Under the pieces are notes generated by a model. The model saw only the letters and a list, made by a program, of their open reading frames with translations. It searched no databases and was not told where the DNA came from. A program made the translations under genes and the position numbers. Shown here piece after piece: positions 60,498-64,000 of a stretch of 64,000 bases of DNA; positions within the stretch are counted from its first letter, which is position 1; each line of letters opens with the position of its first letter. Source of the stretch: Azolla caroliniana (Eukaryota > Plantae > Polypodiophyta); contig JBHGNT010000004.1 of assembly GCA_043228905.1 (NCBI GenBank), forward strand, positions 4,650,001 through 4,714,000. Direction: 5' to 3'.

Positions 60498-62928
60498 TTA
60501 CTGATTCTCGGTCAGCTGAGCTCGTATTTGATCCGTGAGCGCATGGACGCTGCTGTTAATCCAAGCCCCAAAGCTCCGCTTCTGATTCTCAGGCTTTGAA
60601 GCTTCCTGAGAGCGTGTTGCATGGTTCTCTGTTCTGTTTGCTTGATCCAATTCCTTACCAACAGCGTTACTGGCAATACCGGAGATAGGCTCGAAATGGA
60701 GCCTTCTAGCAGAAGCAGTTTTGTTAGACAGAGGCGAACATTCACTGGGATGTTCGATATGAATCCTGGAGGCTGAAGCAGAAGGAATCCTAGAAACAGA
60801 TGATGAACCTGCTGATGGTGGTGATGGAGAAGATAATGCTGAAGGCTGAACCATATTGTTGAGAGGAGTCGAACCAGAAGATAAGCATGGCCTCGTTCCA
60901 GCAAGTTTTTTATTACTATTGTTTGTAAGGCTGAGAGCCGAGGTCAAATTTCTGATACTGATGTTCTGCTTCACATTCTCTGCAGAAGATGGACTCCCTG
61001 AGATACAATTCGATGACTTTATATTTGAAGAGGATGAGTTCACATTAGACAGATTTGTAGAGGAAAACTTGCATCCAGGCGTTATGTCGATATGCTTCGG
61101 CTCTCTTTGAGATGTAGGCATTGACAGATTTCTCTCAACAAGAGGTTGTAAGGAGCGTTTGATTTTCTTCCTCAGCTCGATGATCCTGTCTGTTGTCAGT
61201 ACTGGTATGGTCACTGTTCCTGTCACAGATCCTCTCAGCGTTCTGACTAGCTTAATCTTTCTGGCCAATGGCTTCCACTCGTCGTCCATAAACAAATCTG
61301 CTGTAAGAAACATAGAATTAAGTCAGGGTCTAATTTAAGAATCATCCATAAACAGGTTCTGGTATAATACGCTTCAGATTTCTGTGTAAACTCGAAACCT
61401 AAAACCCTAAGCCACTCGTGAACTTGAAAATGACTCTCTGGGAATAGCACGAATTACTCAACGGAGGTGCTTCGCTCAAACAATTACTCAACAACTCAGG
61501 TTAGATGGCTTGCCTGATTGCTCTTGAAGATCATCATCTGAGATTCTTCGCATCCCAGGTCGTGGAGCTTTCTTGAATATGTTCACTTGCAAGGTACAAT
61601 CAGGGTAGATGAAGCAATCCGACAATGTCTTCTTCTCATCTAGAATCTTGCCTGATGTACATACAGAAATTCGCTCAGAAGAACGCAACAAACACATGCA
61701 CTCGCAAACATACCCAGGAAAAACGATTCGTGAATTTATTACCAGAGAAAGAAATCTTCTGTAGACATGGCGCGCAACCTGTTCGAGCTTCAACGAGTTG
61801 CATGATTGATCGAACTGTATCCCTCCCTTGAACAACTACGATAAATTCCACATCATTCTTTACACAAACTTTCACAGGGACACGTCGGTGAGATTGCTCT
61901 GAATTTGAATCGCCTGTAAATGAAACGGTTCGAAACAAAATGGAATTAAGTGTAACGCTTCTTGTCTTGAGAATGGGAAACAGAATTTATCGAGGGGAAG
62001 AAAAAAGTTTGAATTGCACCTGATTTGCAGAGATCTAGCGTGCTATCTTCGTAGATAGAGTGTAATCCATTAAAATCATCCACGTAGAACTCGTCATGCA
62101 TAATTCTTCCTACCGAAGACAAGAGCTGCTGAGAGCTAGGGATCCCCGTAAACTTTTCAATGGTTCTTTTGATTTGAGACACCGACGTGCGAGGACTAAT
62201 TCCTTGTATAGGTAAGGTGCCATTCTTCATCTCCACGAAAATGCGGCCTCCCTGCTCAGGGAGCCTCTGAGGAAGAACCTGTTAAGCATAAGAAAACCCA
62301 GAAATACGAATTCTGAGAAGGCGGATATGAACTCGAATAGCATCAATAGCGGACTATGTGGTAGGCTATTGGTCACGGTACACATTCCAATATTCTACGA
62401 CTTACTGCAGCAGAATGAACTAACAGTAACGATAACACTAGGATAAAAATGGGATATAATTGTGAAGACACGAACTTTCTGCGAACCAATTACAGAGTGA
62501 GTGAAGAAGAAAAGGGATACCTTGAGGTGGAGTTTGCAGCTATCGATTACATGTCGTTGATCCAGACGATCATCGTCTGTCAGATCGACATGCTGACCTT
62601 TTTGTCTTGCGAAGAACGTGAAACTTTCTTCATCAACGTGCAATTCCGAGGTTTCTGCATCTGCGCTGCAACAATACCGTCCATATATGTCCTCAACGAC
62701 CTCTTGTTCGCCGAGAACAGAAAAGAGAGGAGCAGAAATGCACTGCAAATCGTCGGGGACAGCAAGGTTTTCCCGTATGAACTTCTTGATGGAGGATTTG
62801 ACAGAAGCGCTGGGGTCAAGGTTAGGGATGAGCAGGGTGTGGGTGTGGAGGTGGAGGGAGGAGGGAGGGGTGGTGTAAGCGGAGGCGGTGGGGAGGCGAT
62901 CGACTTCAACAGATGCAGTAAACGCCAT
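60498..62928 (-). CDS. Multi-ubiquitin-like-domain protein with Ser-rich C-terminal tail (~592 aa, 5 exons)
   Basis: Phase-consistent exons 62521-62928, 62020-62278, 61743-61913, 61514-61651 (GC donor) and 60498-61300. UBL-like repeats include SVSQIKRTIEKFTGIPSSQQLL and DTVRSIMQLVEARTGCAPCLQKISFSGKILDEKKTLSDCFIYPDCTLQV. Confidence 0.75.
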
Positions 62929-64000
62929 TGGAGCAGAGAGCAGCTAGCAGAGAAAGTGTGTGTGGGGGAGAAGAAGAAGAAGAAGAAGAAGAAAGGCGAT
63001 GGCGATGGCGATGGCGATGATTATGGTGATGAAGACGATAGTGATGATCACGTGATGATGATCAATGAAGGCGAAAAGGAGGAGACGAAGAGTGAATTGA
63101 ATGAATCGAAGAAATGGTAAAGAAGAGGGAATGGAGAAACAGAAGAAGAAGAAGAAGAAGAAGAAGAAGAAGAGGAAGAAAGACAAGAAAGCAAGCAGAA
63201 ATCGTTTCTAGTAGTTTCTCTGCTACTCTGCAGTCTTCTTCTTCTTCTTTTCTTTAGGGTTGCTTTTTGCTTTTGCTTTTTTTTTCTCTGTGCTGCTTTT
63301 GCAACGGCTCCTGCCGACAGGATCTGGCGCCCAAAGTTTTAAATAAATAAAAAAATATAAAAACTAATATATATATATATATATATGTATATACATATAT
63401 GTGTGTGTAACAGAATAAACAAAGCGTAGTTAATTAACTTTTTACCATTTCCATAATAGTATAATATAATTAATAATAGCATAAATTGATATAATTAAGT
63501 TGAAATGTAGGTGAGATATACTAAATCTACGTTTGCATGTATGTATACAGTATATGTATATGTATATGTATATATATATATATGTATATGTATATGTATA
63601 ATATGTTTGGTTGGATGAAATGCGGGCAATATTTATGTACATACATACATACATGTAAGTTGGTATTAGATAGACATATACATATGTATGTATGGATGGA
63701 TTAGATCCGTATACGTGTGTTTGTGTGTGTGTATTTTTATTTTATTTTGGTGCCGTTTTGTTTTTTGTGTTCGTTCGTTCCATTATTATAAGTTATAACT
63801 TATAAGCATGAATGTGGCCTTTACTAATAATTTGTGTGGGGTTTTTTTGTTTTGCTGGGGTCCCCACAATTAGTAAGTAAAACGCTAGCATTAAAGGATG
63901 TATTAAATGCTCTCGTTTATTAGCTTTAACCTCAACCTCAACTAACACCCCCCCCTACACCCACACCCACACCCACACCAAATGGTTTATCATTCCTTTT

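Noticed and set aside
62449-63120. 223-aa plus-strand ORF
   Set aside because: Antisense shadow of the UBL gene exon 1 and its microsatellite-rich 5' UTR; the poly-K and GD runs derive from simple repeats.

Overview
Eukaryotic land-plant nuclear DNA (AT-rich, spliceosomal introns, heavy TE load); I cannot assign the species. Host genes: (1) the 3' part of an NDR-family AGC Ser/Thr kinase (+, 373-9227, 5' exons lie upstream of the window); (2) a complete 24-exon coatomer beta' (COPB2/SEC27) gene (-, 34311-46430); (3) an intronless FANTASTIC FOUR-like gene (+, 57041-57409); (4) an unrecognised ~592-aa multi-ubiquitin-like-domain gene (-, 60498-62928). Between the kinase and beta'-COP lies a 20.4-kb nest of five Ty1/copia elements plus a TIR element. 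One copia element (22848-28147) is very young, with a TSD, near-identical LTRs and a single in-frame stop. LINE remnants, a U6 snRNA/LINE chimera, a hAT MITE, a TRIM-like LTR element and several tandem repeats are also present. The most unusual signals are a 3.9-kb TIR element with a periodic array of ~50-bp palindromes, a 1.25-kb fold-back element with retroviral-type TG..CA ends and a 5-bp TSD, a TRIM-like element whose LTRs carry a tRNA-like Pol III module, the CCGG enrichment of the young copia, and tandem copies of the beta'-COP start-codon exon. All coordinates and counts were read by eye, so a few bp of error are possible.
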